Part shown: piece after piece, positions 19,410 to 29,062 of the stretch | Numbering within the stretch: position 1 is the stretch's first letter | Layout: each line of letters opens with the position of its first letter | Source: an uncultured delta proteobacterium | GTDB taxonomy: Bacteria; Myxococcota; Myxococcia; Myxococcales; Anaeromyxobacteraceae | Direction of reading: 5' to 3' | Length of the DNA: 64,000 nucleotides | NCBI GenBank assembly: GCA_963845515.1 | Contig: CAWJSR010000023.1 | Span: 184,726 to 248,725, forward strand | Translations under genes and position numbers: made by a program | The notes under the pieces: model-generated | What the model saw: the letters and a program-made list of their open reading frames with translations, nothing else | Databases searched by the model: none | What the model was told of the DNA's origin: nothing

Positions 19410-20558
19410 ATGCCGACCCATCACCTGTTCACCAGCGAGTCCGTCTCCGAGGGGCACCCGGACAAGGTCGCCGATCGGATCTCCGATGAGCTCCTAGACG
19501 GCTACCTTCGCGAGGCGCCGAAGGCGCGCGTCGCGATCGAGACGCTCGTCACCACCGACCGCGTCGTCGTCGCCGGCGAGGTTCGCGGCGCGGAGGTTGG
19601 GCTGGAGGCGCTCGCGCGGAAGGCCATCCGCGACGTGGGCTACGCCGCGCCGGGCTTCCACTGGGAGACGCTCCGCTTCGAGTCACACGTCCACGCGCAG
19701 TCGGCGGAGATCGCACAGGGAGTGGACCGGGAAGACGGCGAGGAGGGGGCAGGCGACCAGGGGCTCATGTTCGGCTTCGCGTGCAGGGAGACGCCGGAGC
19801 TGATGCCGGCCCCGCTTCAGTACTCGCACCGGATCCTCGAGAAGTTCGCCGAGCGCCGTAAGGCTGGCGACAAGGATCTGGGCCCCGACGCGAAGTCGCA
19901 GCTCACCGTCGAGTACGTGGACGCCAAGCCGGTCCGCGTCCACACGGCCGTCGTCTCGCACCAGCACGTGGCCAGCCTCTCCAACGCCGCCCTCCGGGAC
20001 CTCGTCGGAGAGGTCCTGAAGGAGGTGCTGCCCGAGGGCTGGCTGACGGGGGACACCCGGATCCTGGTGAACCCTACCGGCTCCTTCGTCCACGGCGGTC
20101 CCGCCGCCGACACCGGCCTCACCGGCCGGAAGATCATCGTCGACACCTACGGCGGCGCGGCTCCCCACGGCGGCGGCGCCTTCTCCGGCAAGGATCCGAG
20201 CAAGGTCGATCGCTCCGCGGCGTACGCCGCCCGCTACGTGGCCAAGAACGTGGTGGCGTCCGGCCTCGCGGACCGCTGCCTCATCCAGATCGCCTACGCG
20301 ATCGGCGTCGCGGAGCCGCTGGCCCTCTATGTCGACACGCAGGGGACCGGAAAGGTGCCCGACGCGAAGATCGCCGAGGCCGTCCGGAGGACCGTCTCGC
20401 TCACGCCGCGGGCCATCCGGGAGCGGCTGGCCCTGACGAAGCCCATCTACGCCCGGACCGCCGCCTACGGCCACTTCGGCCGGACGCCGACGCCGGACGG
20501 CGGCTTCTCGTGGGAGCGGACCGATCTGGCGGACACGCTGCGCGCTGCGGTGGGGTAG
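19410..20558 (+). CDS. metK: S-adenosylmethionine synthetase
   Basis: [57 protein letters not shown]. Confidence 0.98.
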   Translation: MPTHHLFTSESVSEGHPDKVADRISDELLDGYLREAPKARVAIETLVTTDRVVVAGEVRGAEVGLEALARKAIRDVGYAAPGFHWETLRFESHVHAQSAEIAQGVDREDGEEGAGDQGLMFGFACRETPELMPAPLQYSHRILEKFAERRKAGDKDLGPDAKSQLTVEYVDAKPVRVHTAVVSHQHVASLSNAALRDLVGEVLKEVLPEGWLTGDTRILVNPTGSFVHGGPAADTGLTGRKIIVDTYGGAAPHGGGAFSGKDPSKVDRSAAYAARYVAKNVVASGLADRCLIQIAYAIGVAEPLALYVDTQGTGKVPDAKIAEAVRRTVSLTPRAIRERLALTKPIYARTAAYGHFGRTPTPDGGFSWERTDLADTLRAAVG

Positions 20559-20561
20559 GGG

Positions 20562-21821
20562 ATGGCTGGCGCGGCGGCCGTGCTGCCGTCTCAACAGTCC
20601 GAGCTCCACGACGAGATCCTCCTGTCGACCGAGCTCTACGTTGAAGGGATCTCCGTCGCTGACGAGGACCTCGCCCGGTTCGCCGTCGGCACCGAGGTCA
20701 ACGAGCAGCGGCACCTGCTCTTCGACATGAACCGGCGCCATCGCAGGGAGGTCCTGCTTCCCACGGAGCTCTTCCTGCCGCGCGGCAGCGCGGTCCTCTT
20801 CCGCTGGGACGCCGGCTCCCGGTTCTCCCTGCGCGCGGTGGACGGGAGGGCGGTCGTCTTCAGGGACGGGAAGCCCATCTCCGAGGTCGAGCTCTTCCGC
20901 CGCCCTGCGATCAACGACTCCGTGACGAGCGACGGGACGGCCTTCAACAAGCTCGCGTCCTTCTGTCACGAAGGGAGCGTCCACTTCTTCTTCAGCAACG
21001 AGTGCGCGCTGAAGGGGACGGGAGACGACTGCAAGTTCTGCAACATCAACTCGACCGCCGCGGCTTTCGGAGACCATACGGTCTTCTTCAAGAGTGCGCG
21101 GCAACTCGGCGAGGTCTACGCCGAGGCGTTTCAGTCCGGGTGGGCGAACCACGCCCGGCTCACCGGCGGCTTCATCCCGGAGCGCCGCGAGGTCGAGTAC
21201 TACCTGGACGTCGCCGAGGAGTTCAAGGAACGAACGGGTCAGGAGTCTCTTCACGCCCTCACGGTCATCGGGGCGCCGCACGACCTCACGGTCATCGAGA
21301 AGTACAAGGAGGCGGGCTGGAGCAACCTGGCGATCAACATCGAGATCTGGAACGAGAAGATCTTCAACGTGATCTGCCCGGGGAAGTCGAAGCAGTTCGG
21401 GGGGTGGAAGAGCTGGCTGCGGGCGCTCGAATATGCGGCGGAGGTCTTCGGCAAGGGGAACGTCCGCTCGAGCATCGTGTCGGGCCTGGAGCCGAAGGAC
21501 TCGACGCTGGAGGGGGTGGAGCACCTGGCCTCTCTCGGCGTCATCGCGTTCCCCGGGCCGTGGATCCCCAACCCCGGCTCGGCTCTGGAGGGGCACCGGA
21601 CGCCGGAGCCTTCCTGGCACTACGACGTGATCCGGAAGTCGGCGGCGATCTACGAGCGGCACGGCTTCACGACCGAGCAGCTCTATTCGTGCGGTGGTTG
21701 GCAAACTCCGTTCATCGACACCTTCCGCGTGAACAAGGGGGAAGCCGTGGACGGAAGGCTGCCGCTCTGGAAGTTCCCCGATCGGAGGACCGCCGGCGCA
21801 GGTCGGCAGGGGCGAAGCTGA
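20562..21821 (+). CDS. Radical SAM protein, paralog 4 (Cx8Cx2C)
   Basis: SNECALKGTGDDCKFCNIN; TGGFIPERREVEYYLDVA; closest by eye to 953..2272. Confidence 0.85.
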   Translation: MAGAAAVLPSQQSELHDEILLSTELYVEGISVADEDLARFAVGTEVNEQRHLLFDMNRRHRREVLLPTELFLPRGSAVLFRWDAGSRFSLRAVDGRAVVFRDGKPISEVELFRRPAINDSVTSDGTAFNKLASFCHEGSVHFFFSNECALKGTGDDCKFCNINSTAAAFGDHTVFFKSARQLGEVYAEAFQSGWANHARLTGGFIPERREVEYYLDVAEEFKERTGQESLHALTVIGAPHDLTVIEKYKEAGWSNLAINIEIWNEKIFNVICPGKSKQFGGWKSWLRALEYAAEVFGKGNVRSSIVSGLEPKDSTLEGVEHLASLGVIAFPGPWIPNPGSALEGHRTPEPSWHYDVIRKSAAIYERHGFTTEQLYSCGGWQTPFIDTFRVNKGEAVDGRLPLWKFPDRRTAGAGRQGRS

Positions 21822-21995
21822 GCGATGCGGATCTGCTTCTTCGGCGACAGCTTCGTCGCTGGCGTAGGCCTCCGGCGACGGCGCGCATCCGGGCGCGCGC
21901 GGATACGCGCTGATCTCGGAGGCGGTGGAGTCCTGGTCGGCGTGGAGGGCCTGGATTCCCTGACCCCACCAGCGCACCTACATGCTGCGAGAGCG

Positions 21996-22696
21996 ATGAG
22001 CGCGATCAAGGCGATCTCCTTCGACGGGGACATGACCCTCTGGGACTTCGAGAGGGTCATGCGCCATTCCCTCGGCCACGCCTTGGCGGAGCTGCGGGAG
22101 CGCCGACAGTGTTCTGCGACCGAGCGGATGACCGTCGACGCGATGATCGAGATTCGCAACGGCGTGGCGGCGGAGAGCTCAAGGGGAAGGTGACTCACCT
22201 CGAGGAGCTCCGCTTTCGCGCCTTCGAGCGCACCGTCGAGCGGGTCGGCGGCGCTGATCGTCGGCTGGCGTCCGAACTGAACGCGGTCTACCTGAAGCAC
22301 CGCTTCGAGGACGTCGAGCTGTACGACGACGTGGCGCCGGCGCTCGATCTGCTGGGGAGACGCTTTCTCCTCGGGTTGATCTCGAACGGGAACGGGTATC
22401 CGGAGCGCTGTGGGCTCGGTGAGCGGTTCGCCTTCGTCGTCTTCTCGCAGGACGTGGGGGTCGAGAAGCCAGCCCCCGGGATCTTCCACGCCGCGTGCCG
22501 TCGGGCGGGCTGCGACCCGCAGGAACTCCTGCACGTCGGTGACTCCCTCGAATCGGACGTCCTGGGAGCGAACGAGGTCGGCGCTGTATCGGTGTGGCTG
22601 AATCGCGGAGGAGCGTCGAACGCGTCGCGCATCCGGCCTCGCTTCGAGGTGTCTTCGCTGACCGAGTTGCGCTCGATCCTGGAGCCCCCGCCATGA
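21996..22696 (+). CDS. HAD-superfamily hydrolase; frameshift near 22173
   Basis: FDGDMTLWD motif I, ISNGN, EKP, HVGDSLESDVLGA. Confidence 0.8.
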
Positions 22697-22812
22697 GCGT
22701 CGTGCCGCGAGCCCGAAGCGCCTGGGCGCATGGCGCCTCCCGCACGGTCAGGCCGCCGAGGAATCCGCCCGGCGGCGAGACGAGTCGCGGAGTCCGCTTG
22801 ACCGGACCGAGC

Positions 22813-22828
22813 GTCCGTTATATAGGAT
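22813..22828. promoter_or_regulatory. 16-bp palindromic operator, copy 3, overlapping a candidate sigma70 -10 box
   Basis: GTCCGTTATATAGGAT; TTGACC at 22798-22803 with TATAGG 17 nt downstream. Confidence 0.65.
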
Positions 22829-22835
22829 GCCGGTC

Positions 22836-24107
22836 ATGACCGGTCGAACTGCGGAAGTGCTCGCGCTCCACCCGAAGGAAGACGCCTCCGAGCTGGATGC
22901 CACGTGCGCTCGCCACCCCGACGTCCCACGCCTGGTGATCGTCAAGACCGACGTCCAGCGGCGCGGCGTCCACTACACCGAGGGCGCCCTCGCGCTCCTC
23001 GACGAGAACCGCCACTCGGTCACCGGGACGCACATCTTCGGAGCGCGCGACGGGAAGCTGGCGCCCCGGCCGGAGTCGCTGCTCCTGCGCGACGGCAGCT
23101 CCATCATCACCACCCCGACGCCGGAAGAGCAGAGACCCTACGTGGTGGATCACGTGGACGGCCGCCTCGCGCTAGTGGACCGCGGCGAGGTCATCGAGGA
23201 GGTCGAGTACTGGCCGCGGCCGGACTACTACGCGAAGACGACGCGCTCCGGGCTGCCCATGAAGTACGTGGTGAGCGCGCGGCCCCAGCGGCTCAACGTC
23301 TTCCCCTACCGTCACTGTCACTTCTGGAACGAAGACGAGGGCTGCCTCTTCTGCGACATCGTCAAGCAGACGCGGAAGGGCAAGGACGATCTCGGCATCC
23401 CGCCGCGCCTCGACCCCGAGGACGTGCGCGAGACGATCGCCGAGGCCCTGCGCGAGCCCGGGCGGTTCGCCGGCCTCTGCCTGACGGCGGGCTCGAACAC
23501 CCGCGGCGCCCGTCCGTTCGACGCGGAGGTCGACTACTACATCGAGATCCTCCAGGCCATCGGCTCGGCGTTCAGGACGCCGCGCTTCCCGAGCCAGCTG
23601 ATCGGCACGGCCTTCGAGACGGATCAGCTCGAGCGGCTCCACGCCCAGACCGGCCTCATGAGCTACACGGCGGACGTCGAGGTGCTGGACGAGAAGCTCT
23701 TCTCCTGGATCTGCCCGGGCAAGGCGCGGTGGGTGGGCTACCGCGAGTGGAAGGATCGGCTGGCGCGCGCGGTCGACATCTTCGGCCGCGGCAGGGTCAA
23801 CACGGGCATCGTCGCGGGGGTGGAGCTGGCGCGTCCAAACGGCTTCAGATCAGAGGCCGAAGCCCTGAAGAGGACGCTGGACGAGGCGGAGGAGCTCGCC
23901 GCGCGCGGGGTCAGCACCGTCTTCATCGTCTGGTCGCCGCGCCCCGGAACGCCGCTCGCCGGGCAGCGCAACGCGTCGCTGGGCTACTACGTCGCGCTCG
24001 CGAAGGGGCTGCACGATCTCCGCGTCCGACATGGCCTCCCGATCGACTTCGACGACTACCGCCACTGCGGCAATCACCCCGACACCGACCTCTCGAGGCT
24101 CCTGTGA
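22836..24107 (+). CDS. Radical SAM protein, divergent paralog 5 (Cx8Cx2C)
   Basis: RHCHFWNEDEGCLFCDI, LTAGS, ICPGK, WSPRPGT; alternative ATG at 22827. Confidence 0.82.
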   Translation: MTGRTAEVLALHPKEDASELDATCARHPDVPRLVIVKTDVQRRGVHYTEGALALLDENRHSVTGTHIFGARDGKLAPRPESLLLRDGSSIITTPTPEEQRPYVVDHVDGRLALVDRGEVIEEVEYWPRPDYYAKTTRSGLPMKYVVSARPQRLNVFPYRHCHFWNEDEGCLFCDIVKQTRKGKDDLGIPPRLDPEDVRETIAEALREPGRFAGLCLTAGSNTRGARPFDAEVDYYIEILQAIGSAFRTPRFPSQLIGTAFETDQLERLHAQTGLMSYTADVEVLDEKLFSWICPGKARWVGYREWKDRLARAVDIFGRGRVNTGIVAGVELARPNGFRSEAEALKRTLDEAEELAARGVSTVFIVWSPRPGTPLAGQRNASLGYYVALAKGLHDLRVRHGLPIDFDDYRHCGNHPDTDLSRLL

Positions 24108-24571
24108 CCACCGCCGTCGCTCTCGATCCACGCGTCAAGGCGCTGCTCGACGATCCGACCACGGTGAAGGTGCTGGCCACGAGCGATCGCGCCGGGCGCC
24201 CGCGCGCCACCGTCGACGACTCGATCCACCTGGGTCCGGGCGGCCACCTAGTCTACCTGGAGCGGCTGGAGGGCTCGGGGACCCAGCGGGACCTCGTGGC
24301 GGGGATCTGGTTCGACCGGCCGGTGGCCGTCACGCTCCGCAGGGGGCAGGAGGAGGTCGAGATCGTCGGGCGTCCGGTGAAGTCGCTCGTCGCCGGTCCC
24401 GAGTTCCGGCGCCACTACGAGGCGCTGCGCGCCCGCCTGCCGGAGGGAGACCTGGCCGCCGTCTGGCTCATCCAGCCGAGCGAGGTCTCCGACCTTTCGT
24501 ACGACGTCCGCCGCGCCCGCCAGGAGGCGGAGCGCCCCTTCCTCACCCACCTCGACCGACTGGCGCGGTAG
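24104..24571 (+). CDS. Pyridoxamine-5'-phosphate oxidase-like split-barrel protein
   Basis: GTG overlapping the rSAM stop; KVLATSDRAGRP pattern. Confidence 0.65.
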   Translation: MTTAVALDPRVKALLDDPTTVKVLATSDRAGRPRATVDDSIHLGPGGHLVYLERLEGSGTQRDLVAGIWFDRPVAVTLRRGQEEVEIVGRPVKSLVAGPEFRRHYEALRARLPEGDLAAVWLIQPSEVSDLSYDVRRARQEAERPFLTHLDRLAR

Positions 24572-24591
24572 CGCCCCTCAGGAGGAGCACC

Positions 24592-25596
24592 ATGTCCCGC
24601 ATCCGGCAGTCCGTCCTCGCGATCCTCGCCCTCACGGCGTTGGCCGTCCCCGTTGCGCCGCTGGCAGAGGTGAAGGAGGTCCGGATCGCCAGGCAGCACG
24701 GTCTGGGGTACCTGCCGCTCCTCGTCCTGGAGGACCAGAAGCTCATCGAGCGTCGCGCGGCGGAGGCGGGGCTCGGCGACGTGAAGGTCACCTGGGCCGT
24801 CCTCGGCGGCGGCGCCCCGTCCAACGACGCGCTCCTCTCCGGCAGCGTCGACTACATCTCGACCGGCGTCACGCCGCTCGTCCTGCTCTGGGCGAAGTCG
24901 GGCGGCAAGGTCAAGGGCGTCTCCGCGCTCATCTCGACGCCCGTCGTCGTGAACACCACCAACCCCGCGGTGAAGACGATCGCCGACTTTGGCGAGAAGG
25001 ACCGGATCGCGGTCCCGTCGGTGAAGATCTCGATCCAGGCGGTGGTGCTGCAGATCGCCGCCGAGAAGGCGTTCGGCGCCGGCAACCACGGCCGGCTCGA
25101 TCCGCTCACGGTGGCGTTGAAGCACCCCGACGCCGTAGCGGCCCTGCTCTCCGGCCGCTCCGAGATCACCGGCCACGCCGCGAGCCCGCCCTTCGTGGCG
25201 CAGGAGCTGGCCGACAAGCGCGTCCGGAAGGTGCTCTCGTCCTACGAGGTGCTCGGCGGGCCCCACACCTTCAACGTGCTCTCCTCCTCGCAGACCTTCG
25301 CGGACGCGAACCCCAGGACGTTCGCGGTGGTCTACGGCGCGCTGTCCGAGGCCATCGCCTGGATCCAGAAGAACCCGAAGGCCGCCGCGGAGACCTACCT
25401 CCGAGTCACCGGCTCGAAGGAGCCCGTCGGCTCGGTGGTCGCGCAGATCGAGGATCCGACCATCCGCTACACGACGACGCCGGAGCGGGTGGGGGTGTTC
25501 GCGGAGTTCCTCGCGCGTGTCGGGACCGTCTCGGCGCGCCCGAAGGACTGGCGCGACCTGTTCTTCCCCACCGTGCACGCGCAGCCGGGGAGCTGA
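24592..25596 (+). CDS. NitT/TauT-family ABC substrate-binding protein
   Basis: AGGAGG RBS, signal peptide, RIARQHGLGYLP, NDALLSGSVD, SPPF. Confidence 0.88.
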   Translation: MSRIRQSVLAILALTALAVPVAPLAEVKEVRIARQHGLGYLPLLVLEDQKLIERRAAEAGLGDVKVTWAVLGGGAPSNDALLSGSVDYISTGVTPLVLLWAKSGGKVKGVSALISTPVVVNTTNPAVKTIADFGEKDRIAVPSVKISIQAVVLQIAAEKAFGAGNHGRLDPLTVALKHPDAVAALLSGRSEITGHAASPPFVAQELADKRVRKVLSSYEVLGGPHTFNVLSSSQTFADANPRTFAVVYGALSEAIAWIQKNPKAAAETYLRVTGSKEPVGSVVAQIEDPTIRYTTTPERVGVFAEFLARVGTVSARPKDWRDLFFPTVHAQPGS

Positions 25597-25597
25597 C

Positions 25598-26384
25598 GTG
25601 TCGGAGCATGCCTCGGGCCCCGGCGCGCCGCTGCTGGACGTGGCGGGGGTGACGCTTCGTTACCGGAGCGCCGGGCGCATGGTGGACGCCACCGACGCGG
25701 TCTCCTTCCAGGTGAACGAGGGGGAGCGGGTGGCGCTGCTGGGGCCCTCGGGCTGCGGGAAGTCGACGCTGCTCAAGGCCATCGCCGGCTTCCACCGGCC
25801 GGCCGCGGGCCGGATCTCGCTGCGCGGCAAGGACGTGGTCGCGGCCGGTCCCGACCGCGTGGTTGTCTTTCAGGAGTTCGAGCAGCTCCTCCCCTGGCTG
25901 ACCGTCACCGAGAACGTCGTCTTCGCCCTCAGAATCCGCGCGCGGCCTCGCGCGACCGGAGGCGCTCCGCATCACGAAGGAGCACGTCGCCCGGGTGAAC
26001 CTCACGGGCTTCGCCGACGCCTACCCGCACGAGCTCTCCGGCGGGATGAAGCAGCGCGTGGCCATCGCCCGCTGCCTCGCGCTGAAGCCGGAGGTGGTGC
26101 TCATGGACGAGCCGTTTGCCGCCCTCGACGCCCTCACGCGCCAGCGGATGCAGGACGAGCTGCTCGAGCTCTGGAAGGCCGCCCGCTTCACGCTGGTCTT
26201 CGTGACCCACGACATCGCCGAGGCGCTTCGGGTCGGCACCAGGGTGGTGCTCATGTCCGCGCACCCGGGGCGCGTGCGGGCGGACCTGCGGGTGGGCGAA
26301 GGCCCGCTCGCGGGCTCCACGGAGTCGACCCAGGCGCACGTCCGGGAGCTCCTCTTCGAGGGCGTGGGGGACTGGAGCATATGA
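25598..26384 (+). CDS. NitT/TauT ABC ATP-binding protein; frameshift near 25940
   Basis: GPSGCGKST in the first frame; LSGGMKQR, MDEPFAALDALT and VTHD in the second frame. Confidence 0.88.
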
Positions 26385-27238
26385 GCGTCGAGCAGGCCGT
26401 CGCAGTCGTTGCGCCGCCGCCCGTGGCCGAAGGGGCAACTGGGTCGCCGCGGATCCTCCTTGCGTGGCTCGTGGACCAGGGCTGGCTCCGGAAGCTCGTG
26501 CTGCTCGCCGCCCTGGCGGGGCTCTGGGAGGCGTACGCCCGCCACCTGGCCAACCCGCTGCTCGTGCCGACCTTCTCGTCCACGGGCTCCGCGCTCGTCG
26601 AGGAGCTGCTCCACGGCGAGCTCCTCGCCAGGATCGTCTCTTCCTTGAGGCTCCTGCTCGTCGGATATGCGGTCGGGGTCGCGCTGGCGACGGCGCTCAC
26701 CCTCCTCGCCGTCGGGACCCGCCTCGGAGCGGACCTGCTGGAGCTGCTCACCGCCATGCTCAACCCGCTGCCCGCGGTGGCGCTGCTCCCGATCGCGCTG
26801 CTCTGGTTCGGGATCGGGCAGGGGAGCATCGTCTTCGTGCTCGTCCATGCCGTGGTCTGGCCCGCGGCGCTCAATGCGCACGCCGGCTTCGCGGGCGTGA
26901 GCCCCACCCTCCGGATGGTGGGGCGGAACTACGGGCTGCGCGGCCCTCGCTTCGCCTTCCGGATCCTGGTGCCCGCCGCCGCGCCTCACCTCCTGACGGG
27001 GCTGAAGGCGGGGTGGGCGTTCGCGTGGCGCACCCTGATCGCGGCGGAGCTGGTCTTCGGCGTCAGCTCGGGCCAGGGCGGGATCGGTTGGTACATCTAC
27101 GAGCGTAAGAACCTGCTCGAGATGCCCCAGGTCTTCGCCGGCCTCGTGGTCGTGGTCCTGATCGGGCTCGCCGTCGAGAACGGCATCTTCAAGCGCATCG
27201 AGGCGAGGACGGTGCGGCGGTGGGGAATGCGGAGCTGA
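26381..27238 (+). CDS. NitT/TauT ABC permease
   Basis: MLNPLPAVALLP, WAFAWRTLIAAELVFG. Confidence 0.9.
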   Translation: MSVEQAVAVVAPPPVAEGATGSPRILLAWLVDQGWLRKLVLLAALAGLWEAYARHLANPLLVPTFSSTGSALVEELLHGELLARIVSSLRLLLVGYAVGVALATALTLLAVGTRLGADLLELLTAMLNPLPAVALLPIALLWFGIGQGSIVFVLVHAVVWPAALNAHAGFAGVSPTLRMVGRNYGLRGPRFAFRILVPAAAPHLLTGLKAGWAFAWRTLIAAELVFGVSSGQGGIGWYIYERKNLLEMPQVFAGLVVVVLIGLAVENGIFKRIEARTVRRWGMRS

Positions 27239-27241
27239 GCC

Positions 27242-28997
27242 TCAGCTCAAGACAGACGCCAGCGCGAGGAAGAGGAGGACGAGCGCCTCCCCGGTGATGA
27301 AGCCGGCCGCCAGCGGCGTCGCGTAGACCTGCTCGCGGCGAGGGTCCGCGCGGCGCCAGAGGGTGCTGACGATCCCGCCGAGGACCATGGGAACGACGGC
27401 GTTGGCGGGGATGAGCATCCCGATGCCGATCGCCGTCGGCGAGGGGACCCAGCGCCGGAAGCGCGTGCTCTCCCCGAGCGTCAGGGCGAGCCCCACGACG
27501 AGCGCCAGGATCAGCGCGGCGAAGGCGCTCGAAGGCAGCGCGCCGAAGCCGCGGGAGAGCAGCTCGGCGAAGCCGGCCCACTTCACGCTGATCGGCGAGG
27601 TGAGGCCACCTGCGCCGCCGATCCCGAAGCGTGCGCGAGCGGCTGGGTAGGTGATGGCCACGGCGAGCGCGCCCACCGGCACGCCGACCAACTGAAGGAG
27701 GGTCAGGTTCCGGTTGGAGGAGCCGACCACCTTACCCGCGCGGAAGTCCTGCATCAGGTGCTCGCCGTTGCCGGCGATCGTCCCGCTCATGCCCGAGCCG
27801 ATCATGTTGATCGGGACGTGGCCGGGCGCGAGGAGGGCGAAGACGGCCTGCATCACGTTGGCCATGGCGCTGATGGGGGCCCAGTTGGTCTCGCCGAGCA
27901 CCCGGATGCCGACGAGCATCAGCACGACCGACAGCGCGATCGACAACAACGTCAGCCGGATCGGGAAGCCGAGCGAGCGCCACTGGACGAGCGCCAGGGC
28001 GATCGCGGCCAGCGAGCCCGCCCCAGACCACCCACCGCATCGGGAAGTCGTCGCCGTCGCCGGTCTCCCGCGCGGCGAGCCCCGTGAAGGTCCTCGCCAC
28101 CTCGCGCCACCGGAGCGCGAGCGCGGTGAGCCCTCCCGCGACCATCAGGCCGGTCGCCGGCCACATGGTCCAGCGCTGGAGCAGGGTGTTGAACGTGAGC
28201 TCCGAGACGACGCCGCTCGCGAGGAGCGGCCCCGGCGCGACGATCCAGGCGAGGGCCATCCCGAGCCCCATCGACAGGGTGACCCGCAGGCCGACGAGCA
28301 TCCCCGCGCCGACGGACAAGGCGCCGACCTCCGCGCCGAGCCGCAGGGCGGCCGCGTGCGGCGTGATCGCGGTGAAGGGGATGGACCCGGGGAGCCACCG
28401 GAGGCCGTCGCGGGCGAGCGTGACCAGCGCGGAGAGGAGGCCGCCGATCCCGAGCGCAGCGACCCGAGGGCCCGCCTGCCGCGGCCCCTCGTCGAGCACG
28501 AGGAGCGTCAGCCCCGCGGCCGTTCCGTCGGCGAAGGGCAGGTTCTCGTCGTCGATGAAGTGCTTGCGGAGCGGGACCGCGAGGAGCACCCCGAGGATCC
28601 CGGCGGGGGTCAGCCACGCGAAGATCTGGAGGCGGGAGAGGTGGACGGAGAGCAGCCCCCGATCGTTCAGCATGTCGATGGCGGCCAGGACGACCGCCAT
28701 GAAGCCGACCCCTGCGCCGGCCGCGGTGCCCGCAGTCTGGACGAGGTTGGTCTCCCAGCGGGTGCCGCGCACCCCGGTGACGAACCCGACGAGCGAGATG
28801 AGGATGAAGCCGAGGAACGCGCTCACCACCGAGAGGTTGGGGCCGTAGCCGATCTTGAGGACCACGAGCGGTTCGGCTGCACCCATGAGCGCCGCCACGA
28901 GGACGGCGACCGCCACCGCGCGAACGGTCAGCTCGCGGTGCCGCCTGGTGGGATCGAGAGTTGGTGGCGGCAGGGCGGCGTCCGTGGTAACAGACAT
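27242..28997 (-). CDS. OPT/YSL-family oligopeptide transporter; frameshift near 28015
   Basis: ELTVRA, ETNLVQTAGTA, VPLRKHFI...LPF..GTA, GETNWAP, MQDFRAG. Confidence 0.85.
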
Positions 28998-28999
28998 GC

Positions 29000-29015
29000 A
29001 TCCGGTATAGCGGGT
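29000..29015. promoter_or_regulatory. 16-bp palindromic operator, copy 4 (divergent OPT/AKR region)
   Basis: ATCCGGTATAGCGGGT, 2 nt upstream of the OPT ATG. Confidence 0.55.
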
Positions 29016-29062
29016 TAACGCAGTCCTGTCCCGCTCGCCACCCTACTGGAGACGAGGCTCCG

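Noticed and set aside
953..24107. RiPP cluster with radical SAM maturases
   Set aside because: No SPASM/twitch Cys-rich extension, RRE domain, precursor peptide or peptidase seen; the ABC systems have SBPs and are importers.
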